Of a DNA stretch of 48,784 nucleotides, positions 22,712-32,272 are shown in pieces. How positions within the stretch are numbered: the stretch's first letter is position 1; each line of letters starts with the position of its first letter. The position numbers and the translations under genes were made by a program. Source of the DNA: an uncultured SAR86 cluster bacterium (GTDB lineage Bacteria > Pseudomonadota > Gammaproteobacteria > Magnimaribacterales > AG-339-G14); assembly GCA_902528485.1 (NCBI GenBank), contig CABZTA010000004.1:1-48784 (forward strand), read 5' to 3'. Under the pieces are notes generated by a model. It saw only the letters and a list, made by a program, of their open reading frames with translations. It did not search any database and was not told the origin of the DNA.

Positions 22712-25123
22712 ATGAACAATTTTAAACAAATAATTACAGTTTGTATTTTTGCTTTTTTTTTAACCAATTGTGGAGGAGGAAAGGGGAGCTCATCACAACC
22801 TTCTTCTCCAAGTAATGATACTCCTTCACAAAACTCTCAATCTTCACAGACAAATTCAAATCAATCACAATCTTCTCAAGACTCAAGCAGCTCAGATTCA
22901 ACTGCAACATATCTTGAATTAATGACCAAATTTACTGGTTCAGTTGAATATAATAATCAATATGGTCTTTCAATGATCAATGCTCTAGAGCCTTATGCAA
23001 ATAATCTTTCAGGCGCTGGAACAACTATTGGGATAATGGACAGTGGAATTGAAACTAACCATATTGAGCTTAATTCTCAGAATAAAATTACAACCGATAG
23101 TGTTTTAGATTATTCTAATTTTTCAGGGTACAGGGCACCTACCGCAGATGATAAAACTCATGGAACTTTTGTCGCATCAATTGCCGCAGGCGAGAGAGAT
23201 GAAAGCAATAATCCCAATGATATTCAGGGAGTTGCTTTTAATGCTCAAATCCATTTCATTGCAATCCCTTTAGCAGAACCAGATGATGATTACGAGCCTG
23301 TAGAAGTAACTGAAGAGAATGCAGAGGATTACAGCGGTCTTGATCAGGCATATGCCTCCTTTTATAGAGACTTTACATCCAGATATGTTACTGCAGTAAA
23401 TAATAGTTATGGGATGCAAGGAAACATTGCAGATTATGAAGAGTCAGCAGTGAGAGCATCTTTCCCGACTGTGATTGAAACTATTGCTCAGAAAAATAAA
23501 ATTAATAAAAGCATCTTTGTATGGAGCGCAGGTAATGCTGGGGGATACTCCGATCAGGATGCAGATAACTCAAGCCCAGAAATATTCCCAGGCATGGTTT
23601 ATTTTATAGAAGAGCTTCAAGATACTTCTGTTGCTGTTGTCTCAGTGAACGAAGAGGGCCTTATTGCAGATCATTCCAATCGCTGCGGCTTAGCAAAAGA
23701 TTTTTGTATTGCTGCTCCAGGTGAGAACATTACAGGAGCTTATGTTACAACTGAATATCCCGAAAATAATAATTATGGAACAGGTTCAGGTACATCTTTT
23801 GCAGCACCTTTCGTAAGTGGCGCAATTGCTTTGTTAACAGAAAAGTTTAGAGGGCAGCTTACTGGACAAGAAATTCTTCAACGTATTTATGTCACCGCTA
23901 ACAAAGAAGGTGTTTACTCAAACTCAGATATTTATGGCCAAGGTCTTCTTGATCTTAAAAAGGCAATTGAACCAATTGGTCAAACATATTTCATTTCTCC
24001 TATATCAAATCAAATTAATACCTTTTCACAGGCTAATATATTTTTAAGTTCACCATTATTTGGAAATCTCAATAACATGGATAACAAATTTACCTTAACC
24101 TACTTTGATCAGATGGGAGCGCCTTTCTCGATAAAAGCAAAACAGATAGTAAGAAATAATAATCCAGAAAATAGCTATTTACCTAGATTTCAAAACTCAC
24201 ATGCAACTAGAGCTCAAAATGAATATTTAAAGTTATTTTCTTCATTTGAGAATTACGATTTTCTATCTAATCAAGCTACTCAAAAGAGTGGGTTCTCTTA
24301 TGCCCATCGCATAAATTCTAGAAACTTTTTAAATTTATCCTTAAATCAAAAAAATGATTCTTATTTATCTCTGACTTCTCATGATCCCATCAACAATTTT
24401 GTTTCCAATGGGCCAAGTGTTAATTATTCATATAAAGATAAGAGAATTGGTTATGAATTTACAATTTCTAAAGGCTTTCAGGGATGGAATCCTTGGACTG
24501 ATCAAGATAAAGCTTATTCGCAATATTTTTCAACTAAATTAAGCGTTTACTCAAAAAATAATAAAACTTCTATCAAGTTAGGACGCCTTGAGGAGAATTC
24601 TTCGTATCTCGGGATGATGTTTTTGAATGGTCAAAATTCTTCTAAAAGTTCTTATTCTTCTGTATTTACTGTAGATTCAGATTTTTCTATAACCGACAAG
24701 TTCTCAGGCTTTCTTTCATTAACTGGCATGGAAGCAAAACCTTACGAAAATTTCTCGTTCATCAACTTTAGAGCGGGTTCTTCATTTCTCACCTCAAGTA
24801 ATTTCAGCATTCTAGGAAAAGATATCTTTAATAAAAATGATCTTTTTAGATTAGATTTTTCATTGCCTTTATCTATAGAAAAAGGTACAGCTGACCTAGA
24901 ATTTATCTCCGGAAGGGATTATTTTGGAAAATATACCTCAGATATTCTGAGAGTTGATTTAGCGCCTGCTCATAGAGAAAGAGTTATTTCTGTAAGCTAT
25001 TCAACGCCAGTTAATACATTCTCCGTATTTGGGCTAAAGCTACTTCTGATTGAGAACCTAAACAACATAAGAAAAGAAAGTCAGGATAACCTGACTTTCT
25101 TTTTTAGATTGAAGATAAATTAA
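22712..25123 (+). CDS. S8 subtilase-family serine protease, lipoprotein, with a beta-rich C-terminal region
   Basis: Likely start MNNFKQ at 22712; lipobox-like FLTN-C followed by GGG; Ser/Gln-rich linker; catalytic IMDSG, HGTFVAS, SAGN, GTSFAAP; IYGQGLLDL. Confidence 0.88.
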   Translation: MNNFKQIITVCIFAFFLTNCGGGKGSSSQPSSPSNDTPSQNSQSSQTNSNQSQSSQDSSSSDSTATYLELMTKFTGSVEYNNQYGLSMINALEPYANNLSGAGTTIGIMDSGIETNHIELNSQNKITTDSVLDYSNFSGYRAPTADDKTHGTFVASIAAGERDESNNPNDIQGVAFNAQIHFIAIPLAEPDDDYEPVEVTEENAEDYSGLDQAYASFYRDFTSRYVTAVNNSYGMQGNIADYEESAVRASFPTVIETIAQKNKINKSIFVWSAGNAGGYSDQDADNSSPEIFPGMVYFIEELQDTSVAVVSVNEEGLIADHSNRCGLAKDFCIAAPGENITGAYVTTEYPENNNYGTGSGTSFAAPFVSGAIALLTEKFRGQLTGQEILQRIYVTANKEGVYSNSDIYGQGLLDLKKAIEPIGQTYFISPISNQINTFSQANIFLSSPLFGNLNNMDNKFTLTYFDQMGAPFSIKAKQIVRNNNPENSYLPRFQNSHATRAQNEYLKLFSSFENYDFLSNQATQKSGFSYAHRINSRNFLNLSLNQKNDSYLSLTSHDPINNFVSNGPSVNYSYKDKRIGYEFTISKGFQGWNPWTDQDKAYSQYFSTKLSVYSKNNKTSIKLGRLEENSSYLGMMFLNGQNSSKSSYSSVFTVDSDFSITDKFSGFLSLTGMEAKPYENFSFINFRAGSSFLTSSNFSILGKDIFNKNDLFRLDFSLPLSIEKGTADLEFISGRDYFGKYTSDILRVDLAPAHRERVISVSYSTPVNTFSVFGLKLLLIENLNNIRKESQDNLTFFFRLKIN

Positions 25124-25125
25124 GG

Positions 25126-26277
25126 TTAAGCTTGGTTTAGCATTTCTGCTACAGCTTTTGCTTGCTCATTTGACTCTTTGACAATTTGCTCGGAACTCTC
25201 AAGAGGTTTAGTTATCTCTGCCCAATCGATTTCAAAATCACTTGGTGCATTTTCATATTCAAGCAAACCTAACTCTTCATATTTTGGCCTGATTGAGTCA
25301 GTTAGAAGACCAATTTTAGATAGATTAGGCATAACCCTTGAAAATAGGAAGTTTCTAAAAGTTTCCATAGCTCCTGATTCCAAAGTGAATTGTCTGGCTT
25401 CATCAGGTGTCATTTTCAAAAATTTCTGCATAGCAGTAGTATTAATGATTCTATCTCTTGAGATAACGCATGCTTCGTAGGCAAACTGAGCTCTGTCTTC
25501 TACTTCTTCAGGACTTAAGGTTTTTATGTATTCCTCAAGATAATTAATCCCAAAAGTTACGTGCCTAGCTTCATCTCTAATTACATAATGAAGCAGTTGT
25601 TTTAGAAGCACACAATTTGTATCTAGCTTTAGGTTAGTAAAGGCAGCCAAGGCAAGACCTTCTATAATTACTTGCATGCCAATAAATTTTAGGTCCCATC
25701 TTTCATCGGTTAAAATCTTGTCAAGTAAGGCCTTTAAGTTTGCATTGACAGGATAATGAAAACCTATTTTTTCTTGGAGATATCTATTAAAAACCTCAAC
25801 ATGTCTGGCTTCATCGAAAGTTTGTGAAGCAGCATAAAGTTTTGCATTGTATGTTGGTGCACAACTTGCAATTTGTGAAGCAACTAATAACGCACCTTGT
25901 TCACCGTGTAAGAATTGGCATAAAAGTTCAGCTGTCTCATGCCTATCAAATTCTATCTTTTCTTCATCAGATAGGTTCTTCCAAGCATCTAATTGTTCGT
26001 GAGGTGGTTCAAACAATTCTCCACCAACTAAAGGCTTATCTTTAGGGTGATTATAACTCCAATCTAAATCTATAGAACCGTTCCAATTTAGTTCTTTACC
26101 TAACTCATAAAGTCTTTTGATTCTGTTTTCTGCAACGGTGTAATCCCAATTGTAAGCTCCTGTTAGAGGAGTTTTAAAGATTTCAACAACATCTTGTACA
26201 TGCTTCTCTTCTAGGGGTAATTCATCGTCAAAATATAATAAATCTTCTGGTGGTCCGTTTCTTTTTACAATTTCCAT
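25126..26277 (-). CDS. Ferritin-like diiron protein (AurF/oxygenase-like superfamily), function unknown
   Basis: HGEQGAL, DEARH (twice) and IEGLA give the duplicated E...ExxH diiron ligand pattern. Confidence 0.82.
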   Translation of the reverse strand: MEIVKRNGPPEDLLYFDDELPLEEKHVQDVVEIFKTPLTGAYNWDYTVAENRIKRLYELGKELNWNGSIDLDWSYNHPKDKPLVGGELFEPPHEQLDAWKNLSDEEKIEFDRHETAELLCQFLHGEQGALLVASQIASCAPTYNAKLYAASQTFDEARHVEVFNRYLQEKIGFHYPVNANLKALLDKILTDERWDLKFIGMQVIIEGLALAAFTNLKLDTNCVLLKQLLHYVIRDEARHVTFGINYLEEYIKTLSPEEVEDRAQFAYEACVISRDRIINTTAMQKFLKMTPDEARQFTLESGAMETFRNFLFSRVMPNLSKIGLLTDSIRPKYEELGLLEYENAPSDFEIDWAEITKPLESSEQIVKESNEQAKAVAEMLNQA

Positions 26278-26334
26278 ATGTGTACCTTTTTCAAAAATTC
26301 ATTTAAGCATTTTGAATGCCTAGGGTCAATTTAA

Positions 26335-28080
26335 TCAAGTTTCAAAGAGTGAGGTTAATTGATCAAGCATAGCCCCTCCTAATTCTTCTGCTCTGTGTAT
26401 AGTGACTGCTTTTTTATAGTATCTTGTAACATCATGTCCGATACCTATCGCAATAAGTTCTGTCTCAGACGAAGTTTCAACTTTTTTGATAACATCTCTT
26501 AGATGAGTATCTAGATAATTAGTAGAATTGGTTGATAATGTACTGTCATCAACTGGTGCACCATCTGAAATAACCATTAATATTTTTCTTTGCTCAGGTC
26601 TTTTATTAAGTCTGTTTTGAGCCCATAACAAAGCTTCACCATCTACATTTTCTTTTAAAAGCCCTTCTCTGAGCATTAGTCCTAGATTTTTTCTTCCTCG
26701 TCTCCAAGCCTGATCGGCAGGTTTAAAGATTATGTGTCTTAAGTCATTTAAGCGTCCTGGATTAGGGATTTTGCCTTGCTCTAACCATAACTTTCTGGAG
26801 TCTCCACCTTTCCAGTGCTTGGTTGTAAATCCAAGGATTTCTGTCTTTATGTTGCATCTATTCAGTGTGCTGCCAATGATATCAGCACATATGGCTGCAG
26901 TAGTCATTGATCTTCCTCTCATAGATCCAGAGCTATCAACCAAAATAGAAACAAGGGTGTCTTTAAACTCTGAGTCTTTTTCAATTTTGAAACTCAGCGG
27001 AGTAAGAGGATCTACGATAATTTTGTGAAGCTTGCTAGGATCGAGTTGGCCCTCCTCTTTATCAAATTCCCAAGATCTATTTTGTTGAGCTAATAATAAT
27101 CTTTGGAGTCTATTAGCTAATTTTGCTATAGCATTTTTACTAGATTCCATTAATTGATCTAACCTTCCTCTTAGCCTAGATAACTCATCTGAATCACATA
27201 ATTCTTCTGCCTTTACTTCTTGGTCAAAATCTTTTGTATAAACTTTATATTCTTGTTCTCCTACTTTTTTAAGGAGTTCTTCTAATTTCGATCTATTTTC
27301 AATCCAAGAATCTTCATCAGCATCAACTTCTCCTTCTTCAATATCCATTTCTTCATCCTCAACGGATGTATCTTGTTCATCACTTTGACCATCTTCTGAA
27401 TCAGTTTCTTCTTCCTCTTCTTGATTTTCTTCTTCGTCAGAATCATCCTCGTTTTCTTCATCGTTATTCTCGTCATCTTCTTCATTAGGCTTTTCCTCAT
27501 CAACACTTATCTCAAGGTCCTTGAGTAAAGAAAAGATGATTTTTGAAAAGTCCAAAGAGCTATCTAAAGAGTCTTCTAACTGCCCTAAGTATTTGTCTTG
27601 AAAAGTGATAAGTTTTTCATAGAGATCTTCAAATTTTTTTGAATCAGGACGACTTATATCTTGTCCAAGAAGCTTAGATCGTAGCCAATGAGAGATGGCT
27701 AGAGAAGAAGAGTCTTCATTAGCGTCCAAAGAATTAATATTTTTCTGAAAAAGAAATTTTAGGTTTTTCGAAACTCCAAGAAACTTTTTTGAGCCTAAAA
27801 GTTCGACCCTAGTAAGATCTAGGTCCTTGATGATTTCATTCACTTTTGTATCGCTATGAGCAAATAAATCATTTCCTGAATATTTATTTATCAAAGCAAC
27901 TTGATCAGACTTTGCTCTTAGATCAATAAAGTTTTTAATTGGTTGGAGCGGTTCTGGCAGGGAACTTTGCCTTAAATTTTCTATTCCAAAATTTACATTC
28001 AATTCTAAATCTTCAGAAATAGCTTTAGCCGACGCTGCAAGAGCATCCTTTATGGTTTGTTTATCAGATTTCTCTAACAA
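26335..28080 (-). CDS. cobT: CobT-like protein (VWA/MIDAS domain, acidic linker)
   Basis: [75 protein letters not shown]. Confidence 0.92.
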   Translation of the reverse strand: MLEKSDKQTIKDALAASAKAISEDLELNVNFGIENLRQSSLPEPLQPIKNFIDLRAKSDQVALINKYSGNDLFAHSDTKVNEIIKDLDLTRVELLGSKKFLGVSKNLKFLFQKNINSLDANEDSSSLAISHWLRSKLLGQDISRPDSKKFEDLYEKLITFQDKYLGQLEDSLDSSLDFSKIIFSLLKDLEISVDEEKPNEEDDENNDEENEDDSDEEENQEEEEETDSEDGQSDEQDTSVEDEEMDIEEGEVDADEDSWIENRSKLEELLKKVGEQEYKVYTKDFDQEVKAEELCDSDELSRLRGRLDQLMESSKNAIAKLANRLQRLLLAQQNRSWEFDKEEGQLDPSKLHKIIVDPLTPLSFKIEKDSEFKDTLVSILVDSSGSMRGRSMTTAAICADIIGSTLNRCNIKTEILGFTTKHWKGGDSRKLWLEQGKIPNPGRLNDLRHIIFKPADQAWRRGRKNLGLMLREGLLKENVDGEALLWAQNRLNKRPEQRKILMVISDGAPVDDSTLSTNSTNYLDTHLRDVIKKVETSSETELIAIGIGHDVTRYYKKAVTIHRAEELGGAMLDQLTSLFET

Positions 28081-28083
28081 AAT

Positions 28084-29070
28084 TTAATTGGATTCTGAGC
28101 TCAAGGAACTTTTGGTCTCAGCACCAAAACATCTCTGAAAATATTCTGAAATAATTGGTCTTTCAGTTTCATCTGACTTATTTAGAAAACTAAGCTCGAA
28201 TGATTTAACCAAATCCTCAAAAATAGAATAATTTTCTGCCCAACTAATTACAGTTCTTGGTGACATCAATGTTGATATGTCTCCACTCTCGAAGCCTTTT
28301 CGCGTTAAATTAGCTAGCCTTATCATATTTAGAACGATTTCTTTACCTTCATTATTGTCTAATTCTTTTACTTTTGAGAGGATAACCTTTTGTTCAAGCT
28401 CCTCATCTAAATAATTTAAAACTGAAACAATTTGCCATCTGTCCATCTGCCCCTGATTTATTTGCTGAGTGCCATGATAGAGGCCAGTGCTATCTCCCAA
28501 ACCTACAGTGTTTGCAGTCGCAAATAATCTAAAATATGGATTAGGAGTTAAAACTCTGTTTTGATCTAGTAAGGTTAATTTTCCCTCGGCTTCAAGTATT
28601 CTTTGTATGACAAACATCACATCTGGTCTTCCAGCATCGTATTCATCAAAAACCAATGCAACCGAATTTTGTATTGCCCATGGAAGTATACCTTCTACAA
28701 ATTTTGTTAATTGCTTCCCATCTTCAATGACAATTGCATCTTTGCCTAATAAGTCCAATCTACTGATGTGACTATCTAGATTAATTCTGACACAAGGCCA
28801 ATTTAATCTAGAAGCTACTTGTTCAATATGGGTAGACTTACCAGAACCATGTAAACCTTGAATCATCACTCTACGATTATGAGAAAAACCTGCAAGAATT
28901 GAGAGAGTTGTATCTTTATCGAAACAATAATCCGGATCAAGGGCAGGAACATACTCGCTAGATTCAGAATAGGCTGGCACCTCAAGCTTGGAGTCAAAAC
29001 CAAAGGTATTTCCAACGCTAACCTTAATATCAGGAATAGCGCTAAGATTTTGGGAAGTTGAAATTGTCAT
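28084..29070 (-). CDS. cobS: CobS-like AAA+ ATPase
   Basis: GLHGSGKSTHIEQVA, DEYDAGRPDVMFVIQR, TANTVGLGD, GTQQINQGQMDRW, MSPRTV. Confidence 0.94.
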   Translation of the reverse strand: MTISTSQNLSAIPDIKVSVGNTFGFDSKLEVPAYSESSEYVPALDPDYCFDKDTTLSILAGFSHNRRVMIQGLHGSGKSTHIEQVASRLNWPCVRINLDSHISRLDLLGKDAIVIEDGKQLTKFVEGILPWAIQNSVALVFDEYDAGRPDVMFVIQRILEAEGKLTLLDQNRVLTPNPYFRLFATANTVGLGDSTGLYHGTQQINQGQMDRWQIVSVLNYLDEELEQKVILSKVKELDNNEGKEIVLNMIRLANLTRKGFESGDISTLMSPRTVISWAENYSIFEDLVKSFELSFLNKSDETERPIISEYFQRCFGAETKSSLSSESN

Positions 29071-29160
29071 ATTTTTTTTAATTTATTATTCTTTATACCC
29101 TAAAACTTCAAATATATAGCTATGACTTTTTGTTAACTTCGTCTAGACTTCTTTTTTTTT

Positions 29161-29946
29161 ATGAATGCCGTAGATAAAAATATATGGACAAAGCTTCAAT
29201 CCGAGGCTGAAGACTATATAAAACTTAATAAAGATTATAAAGACTTTTTGGAGTCTTTGGTTCTATCTAATGACGATTTTATTTCTTCTATTAGCCTAAA
29301 ACTATCAAGAGACTTATCTCAGTCATGGTCTTTTTCTGATAAAAAATTGTATACAAGTATTTTAAAGGCCCTGAATATTGCAGATATTTCAAAAGCCATT
29401 GAGATGGATCTTAATGCAGTTATTTCCAGAGACCCTGCAACAAATACCGTCTTAGAAACTTTCTTATTTTCTAAAGGATTCTCAGCTTTGCAAGCATATA
29501 GGGCATCTAATTATCATTGGAAAGACCAAGATCTATTGTCTTATTTTCTTCAAAGCAGGAGTTCACAAGTTTATGGCGTAGACATACATCCTGCTGCTTC
29601 CATTGGAAAAGGGATTATGCTTGATCATGCTACTGGAATAGTAATTGGAGAAACTTCAGTGATCGAGGATGATGTCTCTATATTTCAAGGAGTAACTCTT
29701 GGTGGGACAGGAAAAGAGATAGGAGATAGACATCCTAAAGTTAGGAAGGGAGTCTTAATTAGTTCAGGAGCTAAAATCTTAGGTAATGTTGAAATAGGTG
29801 AGGGAGCAAAAATAGCTGCCGGTAGCGTAGTTCTAGATGATGTTCCTGAGCATATGACTGTGGCAGGTGTTCCAGCAAAAGTAGTTGGTAAGACTTCGAT
29901 GAAAACCCCTGGGACTGAAGTAGATCACACAATTGAGGAAAATTAA
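29161..29946 (+). CDS. cysE: Serine O-acetyltransferase
   Basis: RDPA, KGFSALQAYR, VDIHPAA, LDHATGIVIGET, TLGGTGK, DRHPK, GVPAKVVG. Confidence 0.96.
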   Translation: MNAVDKNIWTKLQSEAEDYIKLNKDYKDFLESLVLSNDDFISSISLKLSRDLSQSWSFSDKKLYTSILKALNIADISKAIEMDLNAVISRDPATNTVLETFLFSKGFSALQAYRASNYHWKDQDLLSYFLQSRSSQVYGVDIHPAASIGKGIMLDHATGIVIGETSVIEDDVSIFQGVTLGGTGKEIGDRHPKVRKGVLISSGAKILGNVEIGEGAKIAAGSVVLDDVPEHMTVAGVPAKVVGKTSMKTPGTEVDHTIEEN

Positions 29947-30833
29947 TGTCATCACAGAAAAGTTTAGATGATTTGGTCCAGACTCTTAACCTAGAAAAGT
30001 TGGAAGAGAATCTTTTCCGAGGTGAATGTGAAAAAACAGCATGGGGTAGAGTTTTCGGCGGCCAAGTTTTGGGCCAGGCCTTAAGTGCAGCATATAACAC
30101 TATTGAAGAGGAAAGGTATGCTCATTCATTTCATGCCTATTTTTTAAGACCAGGAAGAATAGATATTCCTATTGTTTATCAAGTAGTAAGAATAAGAGAT
30201 GGAGGGAGTTTTACAACGAGAACAGTCGATGCAATTCAAAACGGTGAAGCAATTTTTAATATGTCTGTTTCTTTTCAAAAGGACGAAGGTGGCTTTGAGC
30301 ATCAATTTGATATGCCTGATGTTCCTGGGCCTGAAGAACTTAAAAGTGAGAGAGAATTACGAGAGTCTATGATGGATCAAATTCCTGAAGAGTACAGGGA
30401 TGGATTCTTGAGAGAGAAAGCAATCGAATTAAGAACAGTTGAGCAATTCAATCCATTGAACAGTGAAAAAAAACCTCCTTACAAACATACTTGGATGAAG
30501 GCAAATGGAAATCTGCCGGATGATATTCTTGTTCATCAAAACATACTGGCATACGCATCAGATTTTGGATTGCTGAGTACAGCACAACTTCCGCACGGTA
30601 TCGGTTGGGGAGGTATGAACAGAAAAGTTATGGCAGCGAGCATTGATCATGCCATGTGGTTTCATAGACCTTTCAGAACAGATGAATGGTTGTTATATGT
30701 CACAGATAGCCCGAGCGCGAGCAATGCAAAAGGTTTTAATAGAGGAAGCGTTTACACTCAGGACGGAATATTGGTAGCTTCAGCTATTCAAGAAGGATTA
30801 ATGAGAAGGATAGACTCAGATTACTCTAAATAA
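29946..30833 (+). CDS. tesB: Acyl-CoA thioesterase II
   Basis: VFGGQVLGQAL, HSFHAYFLRPG, RDGGSFTTR, YASD, SIDHAMWFH, QEGL. Confidence 0.94.
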   Translation: MSSQKSLDDLVQTLNLEKLEENLFRGECEKTAWGRVFGGQVLGQALSAAYNTIEEERYAHSFHAYFLRPGRIDIPIVYQVVRIRDGGSFTTRTVDAIQNGEAIFNMSVSFQKDEGGFEHQFDMPDVPGPEELKSERELRESMMDQIPEEYRDGFLREKAIELRTVEQFNPLNSEKKPPYKHTWMKANGNLPDDILVHQNILAYASDFGLLSTAQLPHGIGWGGMNRKVMAASIDHAMWFHRPFRTDEWLLYVTDSPSASNAKGFNRGSVYTQDGILVASAIQEGLMRRIDSDYSK

Positions 30834-32271
30834 GAGCTGTAGAACCCATTAACTCCTTATCAATTTCTCTAGCCGCGGCTCTTCCCTCATTTATCGCCCA
30901 AACAACTAGTGATTGACCTCTTCTGCAATCTCCGGCAGCAAAAACTTTTGGATGAGATGTTTGATGGATATTATGATCAGCCTTAAAATTAGACCTTTCA
31001 TCAAGGTCAATATTCACATCTTGATTGATATAGCTTTCCGGCCCCAGAAAACCCATCGCGAGTAAGATGAGGTCTGCTTCCCAAGTTTTTTCTGTACCTT
31101 TTATTTCTTTAAAAGCAGAGTCAACCATTACAGTTTTGATTCCGGTAAGCTTTCCAGACTTATCTCTTAAGAATTCTTTTCCAGAGATCGAATATTCCCT
31201 AGGATCTTTTCCTAACACCTCAATTGATTCTTCATGACCATAATCAACCTTATGTATTCTAGGAAAAAGAGGCCAAGGATTATTATCTGCTCTATCTTTT
31301 GGTAACTCTGACATTATTTCAAAATTAAGAAGGCTTTTGCATTTATGCCTCAATGAAGTACCCAGGCAATCGTTTCCAGTATCTCCTCCACCAATGACGA
31401 TAACGTTTTTATCTTTAGCAGAAATAAATTTTTTATTCTTAAGCTTGCTGTCCAGAAGACTCTTTGTGTTTTTACCTAAAAATTCCATAGCAAAGTGAAC
31501 ACCATCTCCTTCTCTTCCAGGGATGGAAAGGTCTCTGGGTTTTGTTGCTCCAATGGTTAGAAGGACAGAATCATTATCATTGATAAGATCTTCAAGTGAG
31601 AGAGAATTTAGTGCACCAATATCAGTATTTGTATGGAAAACTATTCCTTCTTTTTCCATAATTTCAATTCTCATATCCAAAATTGATTTATCAAGTTTCA
31701 TGTTAGGAATTCCGTACATCATTAATCCGCCAATTCGATCGGATCTTTCATAAACATCAACATTGTGACCGACGCTGTTTAATTGTTGTGCAGCTGAAAG
31801 GCCAGCAGGACCGGATCCAACTATAGCTATTTTTCTGTTAGTTCTGACCTCAGGAACTCTTGGTTTCAACCATCCAGATTTTATTCCTTTATCAGCGATG
31901 GCAAATTCTAGATTTTTGATTGCCACAGGAGTTTCGGTTATGCCTAAAACACAAGCTCCCTCACATACTGCAGGACAAACTCTTCCAGTAACCTCGGGAA
32001 AATTGTTTGTTTTGAAAAGTCTGTCGAAAGCATCTTCCCATTGTTCGTTGTAAACCAAATCGTTCCACTCAGGGATTAAGTTATAAACAGGACAGCCTTC
32101 GCCAGATTGACAAAAAGGTACTCCACAATTCATGCACCTTGCTGCTTGAGTGTTCAAGAGCTTTTCATCATGATCTGTGTATATTTCTTTAAAGTCTAAT
32201 ACTCGAGACTTTGCTGGCCTATATGGCTCAACCTCTCTAGAAAATTCTTTAAAGCCAGTTACTTTTCCCAT
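30826..32271 (-). CDS. gltD: Glutamate synthase small subunit
   Basis: MGKVTGF, RCMNCGVPFC, GRVCPAVCE, GSGPAGL, GGGDTG, GDCRRGQSLVVWAI. Confidence 0.97.
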   Translation of the reverse strand: MGKVTGFKEFSREVEPYRPAKSRVLDFKEIYTDHDEKLLNTQAARCMNCGVPFCQSGEGCPVYNLIPEWNDLVYNEQWEDAFDRLFKTNNFPEVTGRVCPAVCEGACVLGITETPVAIKNLEFAIADKGIKSGWLKPRVPEVRTNRKIAIVGSGPAGLSAAQQLNSVGHNVDVYERSDRIGGLMMYGIPNMKLDKSILDMRIEIMEKEGIVFHTNTDIGALNSLSLEDLINDNDSVLLTIGATKPRDLSIPGREGDGVHFAMEFLGKNTKSLLDSKLKNKKFISAKDKNVIVIGGGDTGNDCLGTSLRHKCKSLLNFEIMSELPKDRADNNPWPLFPRIHKVDYGHEESIEVLGKDPREYSISGKEFLRDKSGKLTGIKTVMVDSAFKEIKGTEKTWEADLILLAMGFLGPESYINQDVNIDLDERSNFKADHNIHQTSHPKVFAAGDCRRGQSLVVWAINEGRAAAREIDKELMGSTALI

Positions 32272-32272
32272 T

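Noticed and set aside
22532-22767. Apparent 236-bp head-to-head overlap of the PanK and subtilase ORFs
   Set aside because: Artefact of longest-ORF calling; family motifs and the signal peptide place the starts at 22689 and 22712.
27300-27500. Low-complexity TCT/TCA/TTC repeats
   Set aside because: Encode the Asp/Glu-rich linker that is a normal feature of CobT.
26335-29070. Evidence for de novo cobalamin synthesis
   Set aside because: No cobN or other cob genes in the window, and cobST alone is not diagnostic.
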